A stretch of 32,000 bases of DNA, from positions 1,290,001 to 1,322,000 of the forward strand of contig NZ_CP064923.1 in NCBI RefSeq assembly GCF_018336915.1, read 5' to 3'. A program made the position numbers and the translations under genes. The notes under the pieces are model-generated. The model searched no databases and was not told the DNA's origin. It was given only the letters and a program-made list of their open reading frames with translations. The stretch is from Acaryochloris marina S15 (lineage in GTDB: Bacteria; Cyanobacteriota; Cyanobacteriia; Thermosynechococcales; Thermosynechococcaceae). Positions 18,567 through 27,080 of the stretch are shown here, piece after piece. Within the stretch, counting starts at the first letter, position 1; every line of letters begins with the position of its first letter.

Positions 18567-19334
18567 ATGACTTTTATTGATGCCATTGGAGAGTTGAATC
18601 CCTGGCTACTCGCAGCCTTGTTAAATACAGGGTTGGGATTAGTGGGCTGGAAACTCGTCTCCAAACTTTTAACGCCTGCAGGGCTAGTCCATGCCTGGAT
18701 TTTAGGGGTAATTGTCTGGGGTGTTTTGGGCTGGACGGGATATGGTGTCGTTCTATTCTACTTTTTGGCTGGATCAGCAGTCACCAAAGTCGGCATGGCG
18801 GAAAAAGAAGCCGCTGGTATCGCTGAGAAGCGCTCTGGGGCTAGGGGGCCTGAAAATGTCTGGGGGTCTGCTGCTAGCTCTACCCTCTGTGCCCTAGCCA
18901 CTTTAGTGTTCCCGCAATACCAACCTTTGTTTTGCTTGGGCTATGTGAGTGGTTTCAGCACCAAACTGTCTGATACCACTGCCAGTGAAATTGGTAAAGC
19001 CTATGGCAATCGTACTTTTCTGATTACGACATTGCGGCCTGTACCTCGGGGGACTGAAGGGGCTGTCAGTTTAGAAGGGACGGTGGCTGGCATGGCGGCT
19101 TCGGTGGTGATTGCTCTCTTGGCCTGGGCAGTGGGCTTAATCTCTGGGGTCGGGGTGGTCTGGTGTGTGATTGCAGCTTTTATTGCCACCAATTTGGAAA
19201 GCGTGATTGGAGCCACGGTGCAGTCCCAGTTCAATTGGCTCACCAATGAAGTGGTGAATGGGATTAATACGTTGATTGGGGCTACCGCTGCAATGGTGAT
19301 GGCTCTAGCTTGGACAGGACTGGTAGGACGTTAA
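18567..19334 (+). CDS. DUF92/TMEM19-family integral membrane protein, the family of plant VTE6 phytyl-phosphate kinase
   Basis: 255-aa polytopic ORF. The pattern KVG..EK...GIAEKRSGARG...SDTTASEIGK...EGAVSLEGT is typical of DUF92. Confidence 0.75.
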   Translation: MTFIDAIGELNPWLLAALLNTGLGLVGWKLVSKLLTPAGLVHAWILGVIVWGVLGWTGYGVVLFYFLAGSAVTKVGMAEKEAAGIAEKRSGARGPENVWGSAASSTLCALATLVFPQYQPLFCLGYVSGFSTKLSDTTASEIGKAYGNRTFLITTLRPVPRGTEGAVSLEGTVAGMAASVVIALLAWAVGLISGVGVVWCVIAAFIATNLESVIGATVQSQFNWLTNEVVNGINTLIGATAAMVMALAWTGLVGR

Positions 19335-19410
19335 GGCATTCCTCCGGATGGATGTGCGGAGGGAGAAAATGCGATAGGATAACTCATCAATATACGGAGG
19401 CCAAAAAAGG

Positions 19411-19965
19411 ATGGCTTCGAAATCTGGAATCGTACCCATGGTGCTAGCTGCAGTTGTAGGTGGTTCAGGGGCGCTATTGTTAACGCAGCTGTACTTCAGC
19501 ATTTGGATTGAACCGTCAGTCACAGCTGAAAAAGCGCCGCCTGTGTTGGAAGTCAAGCCGACAGTTCCAGATGCGATGGCTAAAGGCCGACCGAAGGTGA
19601 TCGCCAAAAAAGAACCGCCTCCTTCCATTGACCCCCGTACCGATGTCCTGCGCATTAGTAATCAAACCCAATTCCCCATTCGCATCGTACTGCGCAGCCA
19701 CCTCGATCCCAACCATCCCAGTCCTCCTGAAACACCGCACTTTAAAGAGCCTGTTCATTGGGACTTTGCCCCCCAAGAAGGGAGTATTGGCGGCCTCAAA
19801 GTCTCCTTGCCCTCTGGCCCTATGCAGCTTTACCAAGGCGATATCCTGATGGCCTTTGCCCTAGATGGATCGCAAAAATACTGGGGGCCTTATGTGGTGG
19901 GGGACACCCCGCAGCCCACCCTCACACAGACGGATGCCGAGTGGCATTTAGTCATTTCACCTTAG
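19411..19965 (+). CDS. Hypothetical protein with an N-terminal TM anchor, a Pro-rich linker and a C-terminal domain
   Basis: 184-aa ORF starting at an ATG preceded by AAAGGA. It has a TM helix (IVPMVLAAVVGGSGALLLTQLYF). No family is recognised. Confidence 0.6.
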   Translation: MASKSGIVPMVLAAVVGGSGALLLTQLYFSIWIEPSVTAEKAPPVLEVKPTVPDAMAKGRPKVIAKKEPPPSIDPRTDVLRISNQTQFPIRIVLRSHLDPNHPSPPETPHFKEPVHWDFAPQEGSIGGLKVSLPSGPMQLYQGDILMAFALDGSQKYWGPYVVGDTPQPTLTQTDAEWHLVISP

Positions 19966-20537
19966 ATCTCCAGGGCCAATAGTTGAGGCATCAGGGCCTT
20001 GATGGCTTCCCCTCGATGGCTGATCTGGCGTTTGGCGGCTGCCGATAGTTCGGCAAAGGTTTGCTGCTGAGACGGAACATAGAAAATGGGGTCATAGCCA
20101 AAGCCTCCCTCTCCCTGAGGGGCTTGCAGGATTTCTCCTGGACAAATCCCTTTCGCTTGGCAGGCGACGCTACCATCTGGTCGGGCTAACGCGATCACAC
20201 AGACAAATTGAGCACTGCGATCGGCCTTCCCCTGGAGTTCTGTCAGCAGACGCTGAATCCGATCTGTATCCGTTTTGCCGTATCGAGCCGAGTAAAGGCC
20301 GGGTGCTCCATCCAGAGCCATAACTTCTAAGCCTGAATCATCAGCAATGGCCCATTGCCCTAGGTGTTGAGCCACCTGGGTTGCTTTAAGAATGGCATTT
20401 TCCCTAAAGGTGGTGCCCGTTTCTTCAATCTCCAGATCCGGGGGCATCAGCTGCAGGTCCCAGGGCAAATCGGCTAGGTGCTGCTGCATTTCTTTTAATT
20501 TGCCGGGGTTTTGGGTGGCCACAATTAAAGGGGGCAT
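19962..20537 (-). CDS. rdgB: Non-canonical purine NTP pyrophosphatase (dITP/XTP; RdgB/Ham1 family)
   Basis: LIVATQNPGKLKEM, the ETG.TF.ENA motif and GFGYDPIF are RdgB hallmarks. I chose the ATG at 20537 because GAGGA lies about 6 nt upstream. The track ORF extends to 20582. Confidence 0.9.
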   Translation of the reverse strand: MPPLIVATQNPGKLKEMQQHLADLPWDLQLMPPDLEIEETGTTFRENAILKATQVAQHLGQWAIADDSGLEVMALDGAPGLYSARYGKTDTDRIQRLLTELQGKADRSAQFVCVIALARPDGSVACQAKGICPGEILQAPQGEGGFGYDPIFYVPSQQQTFAELSAAAKRQISHRGEAIKALMPQLLALEI

Positions 20538-20626
20538 GCTGTTTCCTCTATGAATAATCAATTCCGTTTTCGTTGCGACCAATCAGCATAGGATAGGAGC
20601 GACGATTGCTGTAATGATGACTGACC

Positions 20627-21403
20627 ATGCCTGCTTTTTCTGACATTGAAAGTATCTATACCGATGGCGCTTGTTCGGGGAATCCCGGACCAGGTGGATG
20701 GGGCAGTGTCATCTACTTCAAAGATGGATCCTGCCATGAAATTGGTGGATTTTCTCCCCAAACGACGAATAATCGGATGGAATTGCAGGCTGCGATCGCA
20801 ATCTTAGAATTGTTGCAAGACAAACCATTACCCAAGACCATTCCCCTCTATACTGACAGCGAGTACGTTAAAAACGGCATTACTAAGTGGTTGTCGGGAT
20901 GGAAACGCAAAGGTTGGAAAACGGCTAAAGGTAAAGATGTTCTGAATCAAGATTTGTGGCAACAGCTCGATCAACTCAATGACGCTTCCATAGACTGGCG
21001 GTATATCCGCGCTCATGCAGGCCATGAAGGTAACGAACGCTGTGACCAGATCGCCCGTTCCTTCTCCCAACGTCAAACTCCTGATCTTCACCAATCCAAC
21101 CCTACGACTGCCATGCCTGAATCTTCCGAATCAAATCAACATCCGCCCGAGCACTCAGACCATCCGGTCAGTGAATCAAGAGTGTCTCATCTGCAAGATT
21201 TAGTTGAGACCTTAGAAATTGCCGATCATATTGCTAAAGAAGGTTACTTGATTAGCAGCTCTGAGCTAGCTGACCTGATGGCAGTGCATGCAAATGCAGT
21301 GACCAGTCGAGGAGATGAATGGGTGTGGCGCAACTGGCTAATCTCCCGTGTGCGCCGGGAAGGTAACCAAATCCTGTGGCAGTTGGAGCGTATCAACTCC
21401 TAG
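20627..21403 (+). CDS. rnhA: Ribonuclease HI with a ~100-aa C-terminal extension
   Basis: The first ~150 aa carry RNase HI motifs (IYTDGACSGNPGPGGWG, TNNRMEL, LYTDSEYV, HAGHEGNERCD). Residues from about 150 to 258 have no RNase H counterpart. Confidence 0.9.
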   Translation: MPAFSDIESIYTDGACSGNPGPGGWGSVIYFKDGSCHEIGGFSPQTTNNRMELQAAIAILELLQDKPLPKTIPLYTDSEYVKNGITKWLSGWKRKGWKTAKGKDVLNQDLWQQLDQLNDASIDWRYIRAHAGHEGNERCDQIARSFSQRQTPDLHQSNPTTAMPESSESNQHPPEHSDHPVSESRVSHLQDLVETLEIADHIAKEGYLISSSELADLMAVHANAVTSRGDEWVWRNWLISRVRREGNQILWQLERINS

Positions 21404-21411
21404 CATTGGCT

Positions 21412-21450
21412 CCAAAAAACAAGTGAGGCTGCAATTAATTGCAGCCTCAC
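21412..21450 (-). terminator. Intrinsic terminator of the CAAD/CurT gene; it may also act on convergent rnhA
   Basis: A perfect palindromic stem gtgaggctgcaa/ttgcagcctcac spans 21423-21450. On the minus strand it is followed by TTGTTTTTTGG. Confidence 0.8.
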
Positions 21451-21476
21451 TAAGTCATAAAATCTGGGGAGTTGTG

Positions 21477-21896
21477 TTAGCGAGACCCACCTGTAACTTT
21501 ATCTTTGAGCTGACGATAGTCGTCTACTAATTTCTGCCGTTTCTCAGCATAGGTTAAGTAATTCCAGGCAAACCAAGCGGAATAGCCTAAGCCAATCAGC
21601 TCTAAGAGTGGCGCAACAAAAGGAATTGAATTGAGAACGTCTAAAACTCCATTTGCAACCGCTGCCGCAATCGCTGCAGCAGAAATGACTAAGAACAGAT
21701 TTAGAGGTTTCTTATAAATGGAATAGGTTTCTCCCACCTGTTTGGGGAAAGTATCCACAAAGTCTCTTAACTGCTTGCCAATCTCATTAACGTCAATCGT
21801 AGTGGAGTCGTCCGCAGAAAGAGGAGACAAGCTTCCAGAAGTTTCGGTGCTTACATCCAAGTTGGCAGTCGTCTTTGTTTCCTGGTCAGCATCCAT
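21477..21896 (-). CDS. curT: CAAD-domain protein, a homolog of the CurT/CURT1 thylakoid curvature protein
   Basis: 139-aa ORF with an acidic N-terminus. Two hydrophobic helices (LFLVISAAAIAAAVANGVL, PLLELIGLGYSAWFAWNYL) and a basic amphipathic tail follow. Confidence 0.7.
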   Translation of the reverse strand: MDADQETKTTANLDVSTETSGSLSPLSADDSTTIDVNEIGKQLRDFVDTFPKQVGETYSIYKKPLNLFLVISAAAIAAAVANGVLDVLNSIPFVAPLLELIGLGYSAWFAWNYLTYAEKRQKLVDDYRQLKDKVTGGSR

Positions 21897-22153
21897 GGTG
21901 TTTTTAAGGGAATAACAACTTCAAAATAATTTATCGGGCAGAAATAAAACTATATCTCAAGATCATCTGCTTAATCAGGGTTAAGCCTACCATGACCCTA
22001 TACGCATCACTGATCGATTGCTATCGGCAGAGATGTGATGTAACCATGTTACCCATTTTTCCCTCAGGGATACCGATGCTTTGAAGGCGAATTTCACTAT
22101 CCCCTGCTTCAATTTTCTGGAGTGCCCAGCTCAGCTTTGTACCGTGACTATTG

Positions 22154-23428
22154 CTAGCGCTGTTCCCGTAAAACAGGGATCTGATTTAAATCACTTTCAA
22201 TCCCTGGGGGATAAATAATCCAGCTTCGTCGAAAGGGTTGGATTAAAGCCTGGACGAGGACCGAAACGTCACTAATTTCAACCAGCCCTTGCCTCGTCAG
22301 TAAATTGATGCCCCGTTGGTATAGGGTATAGCCCCGAGTCAACGCCACTTGTAGCCCCGTATAGTATTTTGGGTCCCAGCCTTGTGCCTGCACCAAATCC
22401 TGGCTATGGGCCAAACACTCTTGCTGTTGAGCTGCGGTCAGATGGGTAATATCCATTGCCTTCATCAAATCTCGATTGAGATGGCGGCGACATAAATTAC
22501 TCAAAATGGCATCATTACTTTGCTGCCATTGGTGCAGATGGTAGGTAAAAACAATATCATCTGCAGCTAGATAATCCTGCAAAGATAAATTGCCGTCCGT
22601 CTGGAATAGCCAGGCCCTCACCGTTTGATCGGCGCTAATTTTCCCTTCCTTTAATAGCTCTTTGGCTCGCCGAAAGGCTTGCACTAAGCCCCAGGCAGAC
22701 GCCAAATTTTTGGGGTGATTGTAAATCTGAGCATACATAAAGTAGCGAACCACCAAATAATGCTCAATGGCAGCTTGTCCTTTCTGTTTCACGACTAACT
22801 GCTGGGTTTGGGGGTCATAATCCAACGCCATTAGAATTCGGTCTAAATCTAACTGGCCATAGGAAGCCCCGGTGAAATAGCTATCTCGTAGAAGGTAGTC
22901 GAGGCGATCACAATCCAACTGACTCGACACTAGTTGGCTGACAATGGGTAGCTCAAAGGTCTTTAAATAGACTTGTTCTAACTGAACCGCTAAATCAGCA
23001 TCAAACTGATCGAGCAAGGTGCGGATGCGGGGAGACTCCCTCAGAATCGTGCGAGTCCAAGTCTCATGATGACTATTAAAAATGTCCTCGCCGGTATGGC
23101 TATAGGGACCATGACCAATATCATGCAGCAAAGCTCCACAAAGGACGAGGGCACGGTAGGACTGCAGTTGAGTATAGGTCTGGATTAATCGATCAAAGGC
23201 CAGCCGAGCGACATGCATCACCCCCAAAGAGTGAGTAAACCGAGAGCCTTCAGCTCCATGAAAGGTGAGACTGGCTGTCCCGAGCTGGCGAATACGCCGT
23301 AATCGCTGAAATTCAGGGGTATCTATCAACTGAATCAGCAGAGATTCAACCGGATCTTGGGCTGTTAAGGTAATGCTCCCATGTAAGGGATCGTGGTAAG
23401 TCCGACTAGGTAGAGGCTGCACTGGCAA
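22154..23428 (-). CDS. HD-domain phosphohydrolase, SAMHD1/dNTP-triphosphohydrolase-like (COG1078 type)
   Basis: 424-aa ORF with motifs RLRRIRQLG, RFTHSLGV, LLHDIGHGPYSH and DCDRLDYLLRDSYFTG. The TTG start overlaps the upstream protease gene by 23 nt. Confidence 0.85.
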   Translation of the reverse strand: MPVQPLPSRTYHDPLHGSITLTAQDPVESLLIQLIDTPEFQRLRRIRQLGTASLTFHGAEGSRFTHSLGVMHVARLAFDRLIQTYTQLQSYRALVLCGALLHDIGHGPYSHTGEDIFNSHHETWTRTILRESPRIRTLLDQFDADLAVQLEQVYLKTFELPIVSQLVSSQLDCDRLDYLLRDSYFTGASYGQLDLDRILMALDYDPQTQQLVVKQKGQAAIEHYLVVRYFMYAQIYNHPKNLASAWGLVQAFRRAKELLKEGKISADQTVRAWLFQTDGNLSLQDYLAADDIVFTYHLHQWQQSNDAILSNLCRRHLNRDLMKAMDITHLTAAQQQECLAHSQDLVQAQGWDPKYYTGLQVALTRGYTLYQRGINLLTRQGLVEISDVSVLVQALIQPFRRSWIIYPPGIESDLNQIPVLREQR

Positions 23429-24638
23429 TCACCGCCGGTTCTGCCAGGATTTTGAGGGCCTGCTGATATTGGGTATCCGTATCCGTCCCCACTTGGTCAC
23501 TACGCAGGGTTTTGAGATCAACGATTTTATCGGGTTTAATGCCCACCTTGTTGATATTGCGATGACTAGGGGTTTCATATTTAGCGATAGTGATCGCTAG
23601 ACCTGAGCCATCAGACAAATTAAACAGGGATTGAATTGAGCCTTTGCCAAAGGTTTGCTCTCCTACTAATTGGGCACGACCATTATCTTGCAAGGCACCT
23701 GCCAAGATTTCACTGGCACTGGCACTGCCCCGATTTACCAAAACCATAAGAGGTGCATCCGTTAGAGAACCCATTTTAGAGTCAAAGCTATTGCGAATAC
23801 CCTGTCGATCAACGGTATAGACAATTGGACTAGGGTTAAGCCACATCTGAGCAATTTCAACCCCGGCTTGCAAAAGGCCTCCTGGATTATTTCGCAGGTC
23901 CAAAATATAGCCTTCAGCTCCTTCGGCTTCTAGACGGGTAATGGCTGCCTGCATCTCCTGGGTGGCGTTGGCGTTGAATTGGCGCAGACGAATAAATCCA
24001 ATGTCCTGACCGTTGGGCTGAGGTCGCAATTCAGCAAATACCGGGTTAATGGCAATGCGATCGCGTTTGATGGGAAACAGCAATACGCCTTGATCGAGTC
24101 GTTCCACTTTTAAATTCACGGTTGACCCAACGGGGCCACGCATGCGCTCAGCCGCTTCATCTAGGGACAGATCTGTGGTGGGAATATTGTCAATTTTGAG
24201 GATTTGATCCGCTGCTTGCAAACCTGCGATCGCAGCTGGAGAACCCTCAATAGGTGCTAAGACCTCTAAATAGCCAGACTCTTCATTCTGAATGATTTGT
24301 AAGCCGACTCCAGTTAGCTCTCCAGACGTACTGGTCTTTAAGCTCTTGTATTGCTTGGGTTGTAATAGACGCGTAAAGGGATCTCCCAGGCTGTCCAACA
24401 TATCGCGGATGGCCTTGTAGGTAGCCTCCCGATCCGGCATTTGATTCGTTAATGCCTTTTGACGAACCATTCGCCAATCCTGATGATTGAAGGAGTCATC
24501 CACATAAGCTTGATCCACCAGACGCCAAGCTTCGTTATATAGCAACTGTTCTTCAGTCAAGGCTGTTGCAGGAGGAGCAACCGCTAGGATGAAGGCAAAT
24601 TGCAGAATAAATATATAGCTAACAATACGTTTAATCAT
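23406..24638 (-). CDS. S41-family carboxyl-terminal processing protease (Ctp) with a PDZ domain
   Basis: 410-aa ORF with a signal/anchor N-terminus, a PDZ region (GVGLQI...GSPAAIAGLQAADQILKID) and S41 catalytic motifs (LVNRGSASASEILAGAL, ...TFGKGS). The CtpA/B/C paralog was not determined. Confidence 0.9.
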   Translation of the reverse strand: MIKRIVSYIFILQFAFILAVAPPATALTEEQLLYNEAWRLVDQAYVDDSFNHQDWRMVRQKALTNQMPDREATYKAIRDMLDSLGDPFTRLLQPKQYKSLKTSTSGELTGVGLQIIQNEESGYLEVLAPIEGSPAAIAGLQAADQILKIDNIPTTDLSLDEAAERMRGPVGSTVNLKVERLDQGVLLFPIKRDRIAINPVFAELRPQPNGQDIGFIRLRQFNANATQEMQAAITRLEAEGAEGYILDLRNNPGGLLQAGVEIAQMWLNPSPIVYTVDRQGIRNSFDSKMGSLTDAPLMVLVNRGSASASEILAGALQDNGRAQLVGEQTFGKGSIQSLFNLSDGSGLAITIAKYETPSHRNINKVGIKPDKIVDLKTLRSDQVGTDTDTQYQQALKILAEPAVIASAAST

Positions 24639-24846
24639 TTGTAAATTCTAACGATATTCGGCTTTATCTTGCCCCTCTAGCTCCTCTAAAGCGCTTTGTA
24701 ACGTTGATTTTTTACTTGGCCATTCTCAAAAAAGAGTTCAATCGTCGTGAGTCAGGAAAATACCGCCACGATTTTCTGAAAGGGGTATAGGCACTGTGTT
24801 ACATTTTTTATGAAGAGCGATACATTTTTTTGGAACCCCTAGCTTT

Positions 24847-25494
24847 ATGAGCAAAGTGTACGACTGGTTTGAGGAACGCCTTGAGATTCAGGCGATTGCC
24901 GATGACGTCACCACCAAGTACGTGCCGCCTCACGTCAACATTTTTTATTGCCTGGGTGGAGTTACCTTAGTTTGCTTTATTATCCAGTTTGCCACTGGAT
25001 TTGCAATGACCTTCTATTATCGGCCGACGGTCACTGAAGCATTTAACTCCATTCAGTACATCATGACTGAAGTTAATTTTGGATGGTTGATTCGTTCCAT
25101 CCATCGCTGGTCAGCCAGCATGATGGTCTTGATGATGATTCTCCATGTCTTCCGGGTTTATTTAACTGGCGGATTCAAAAAGCCCCGAGAGCTGACCTGG
25201 ATCACTGGCGTTGTTTTAGCTGTGATTACCGTTACTTTTGGTGTAACAGGCTACTCTCTGCCCTGGGACCAAGTGGGTTACTGGGCTGTCAAAATTGTTT
25301 CAGGTGTTCCTGAAGCAATTCCTGTGGTTGGTTCTTCCATCGTTGAGCTGCTACGTGGTGGCACTAGCGTTGGTCAATCTACCCTTACTCGTTTTTATAG
25401 TTTGCACACCTTTGTTCTACCTTGGTTGATTGCAGTGTTCATGCTGCTTCACTTCCTCATGATTCGGAAGCAAGGTATTTCTGGCCCTTTGTAA
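24847..25494 (+). CDS. petB: Cytochrome b6
   Basis: 215-aa [25 protein letters not shown]...[13 protein letters not shown], near-identical in pattern to known cyanobacterial PetB. Confidence 0.98.
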   Translation: MSKVYDWFEERLEIQAIADDVTTKYVPPHVNIFYCLGGVTLVCFIIQFATGFAMTFYYRPTVTEAFNSIQYIMTEVNFGWLIRSIHRWSASMMVLMMILHVFRVYLTGGFKKPRELTWITGVVLAVITVTFGVTGYSLPWDQVGYWAVKIVSGVPEAIPVVGSSIVELLRGGTSVGQSTLTRFYSLHTFVLPWLIAVFMLLHFLMIRKQGISGPL

Positions 25495-25611
25495 ACTCTT
25501 TTTAGGCTCTGAATCGGGTTTTCTGTTTTCGGAGTCTTGGACTTTTGACGTAAGTCTTTGTGAGAACCCTCACCTGCTGACCCAAAAATAGAACGGAGAA
25601 CACGCGCAACC

Positions 25612-26097
25612 ATGGCAAAAATACTTAAACAGCCTGATCTAAGCGATCCGCAGTTAAAGGAAAAGCTGAAGAAAGGCATGGGCCATAACTATTATGGTGA
25701 GCCCGCTTGGCCTAATGACCTTCTTTACATTTTCCCAGTGGTGATTATGGGAACGATCTCGCTGGTCATCGGCTTAGCGGTCTTAGACCCAGCCATGATT
25801 GGTGAGCCTTCTAACCCCTTCGCCACCCCCTTGGAAATTCTGCCTGAATGGTATTTATACCCTGTCTTCCAAATTTTGCGGACAGTACCCAGCAAATTGT
25901 TGGGCGTACTCATTCAAACCACAATTCCTTTGGGATTGATGCTTATTCCTTTCATTGAAAATGTGAATAAGTTTCAGAATCCATTCCGCAGACCCATTGC
26001 GACTAGCGTCTTCTTATTTAGCGTAGTCTTCACCTTATGGTTAGGAATTGGTGCAACACTCCCCATTGATAAGTCTTTGACTTTGGGATTGTTTTAA
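25612..26097 (+). CDS. petD: Cytochrome b6-f complex subunit IV
   Basis: 161-aa ORF with [18 protein letters not shown]...[16 protein letters not shown]...[10 protein letters not shown]. Confidence 0.98.
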   Translation: MAKILKQPDLSDPQLKEKLKKGMGHNYYGEPAWPNDLLYIFPVVIMGTISLVIGLAVLDPAMIGEPSNPFATPLEILPEWYLYPVFQILRTVPSKLLGVLIQTTIPLGLMLIPFIENVNKFQNPFRRPIATSVFLFSVVFTLWLGIGATLPIDKSLTLGLF

Positions 26098-26142
26098 GTT
26101 CTGAACCCTCAGCTTTATAAGCAATAGGGGTATTAATTTTCT

Positions 26143-26181
26143 GAGCATCCATTTGCTAATGAGCAATGGGTGCTCTTTTTG
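26143..26181 (+). terminator. Rho-independent terminator of petBD
   Basis: The stem pairs gagcatccatttgct with agcaatgggtgctc (14 bp, one bulge, one G-U, loop aatg). TTTTT follows at 26176-26180, about 45 nt after the petD stop. Confidence 0.8.
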
Positions 26182-26375
26182 ATCTAGGTAGCCTAAACTG
26201 GTCTTGATTGCAGATACCTAGCACCAGCTCAAGTGTCTATCAGTTTTTCAAGCTAAACGGTCAGTGTTCACCTAAACGATTAAATAATCTTATGGTTCTA
26301 TCCACCCAGAAATAGTGAGCGCTCAGTTAGGGAAACACATTATTTTATTCTTGTAAATAATATTTATCCGCAAAT

Positions 26376-26416
26376 TCAATCCCTGAAAATGTTAACCAAG
26401 AACATTTTCAGGGATT
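26376..26416. repeat. Perfect 17-bp inverted repeat (hairpin) with a 7-nt loop in the petD-def spacer
   Basis: caatccctgaaaatgtt / aaccaag / aacattttcagggattg, read directly. The right arm runs into two ATTGTTAA direct repeats at 26413-26420 and 26423-26430. Confidence 0.85.
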
Positions 26417-27038
26417 GTTAACTATTGTTAATTTTACTCAGGAATGGGACTGACAATTCCTAGATGGCTGTGTTAACTTGGAATCCAAGGGATTAGAAAA
26501 ACTGATATTCTCGCTCTACGAAAAGAAAAGAGATATACACGATCTTTTTTCGACTGTTTAGAGAGCTAATCCGCCTAGAAAATGTGTAACGTTTCTGCGC
26601 GATTTTTCTATATGCCTTGGGTGTTGGGAGTAATAAGTTAAGTGAGCTTTTTTGCCAGTTAACTTGCCTTTGTTGTAATGAGATTTTTTTTGGCGCACCT
26701 GTGCTGAAAAATGGCCTGCCCTAGGTTGCCGTGCCGCGGTTGAGAGGAACTTATCCTGCTCATCGTGGAAGTTTTGCATTCTTAAAAAAGTAGGCTAGGT
26801 CAACCTCATTGCGTTGATACTGCTAATTCTAAATCTACTTTTTCCCTCTTACACTCCTCTGCCATGCCAACTATCCCTTTCCCCATCCTGATTCTGACAA
26901 TTTCGGCTCTGTATCTTTTGTCCATTCATTTTCTGTTGCGCTTGTTGCACGATCGCGATCAATTGCATAGACCTTAAATTCAAGGAAAATAGGAACTGCG
27001 ATTAAAATATCAAAAATCCATTTTCCTGACTTTTTCAG

Positions 27039-27080
27039 GTAATAGCCGGGTGTGTTGAACTCAACACACCCGGCTATTAC
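27039..27080. repeat. Perfect 19-bp inverted repeat (hairpin) with a 4-nt loop, about 135 nt upstream of the def ATG
   Basis: gtaatagccgggtgtgttg / aact / caacacacccggctattac, read directly. No U-tract follows on either strand. Confidence 0.85.

Noticed and set aside
26445-26457. 13-mer actcaggaatggg shared between the petD-def spacer (about 26445) and the miaB upstream region (about 30775)
   Set aside because: For a 32-kb window on both strands, roughly 10-15 chance 13-mer matches are expected, and the flanks do not extend the match.
26558-26779. 73-aa highly basic ORF on the minus strand in the petD-def spacer
   Set aside because: It has no Shine-Dalgarno-like sequence, and its Lys/Arg/His/Gln-rich composition is typical of random ORFs in AT-rich DNA. 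No motif is present. I kept it only as a remote possibility within the spacer finding.
26865-26978. Apparent 37-codon small hydrophobic ORF starting at ATG 26865
   Set aside because: Re-reading the sequence codon by codon showed that I had inserted a base. The true frame is ATG CCA ACT ATC CCT TCC CCA TCC TGA, which stops after 8 codons.
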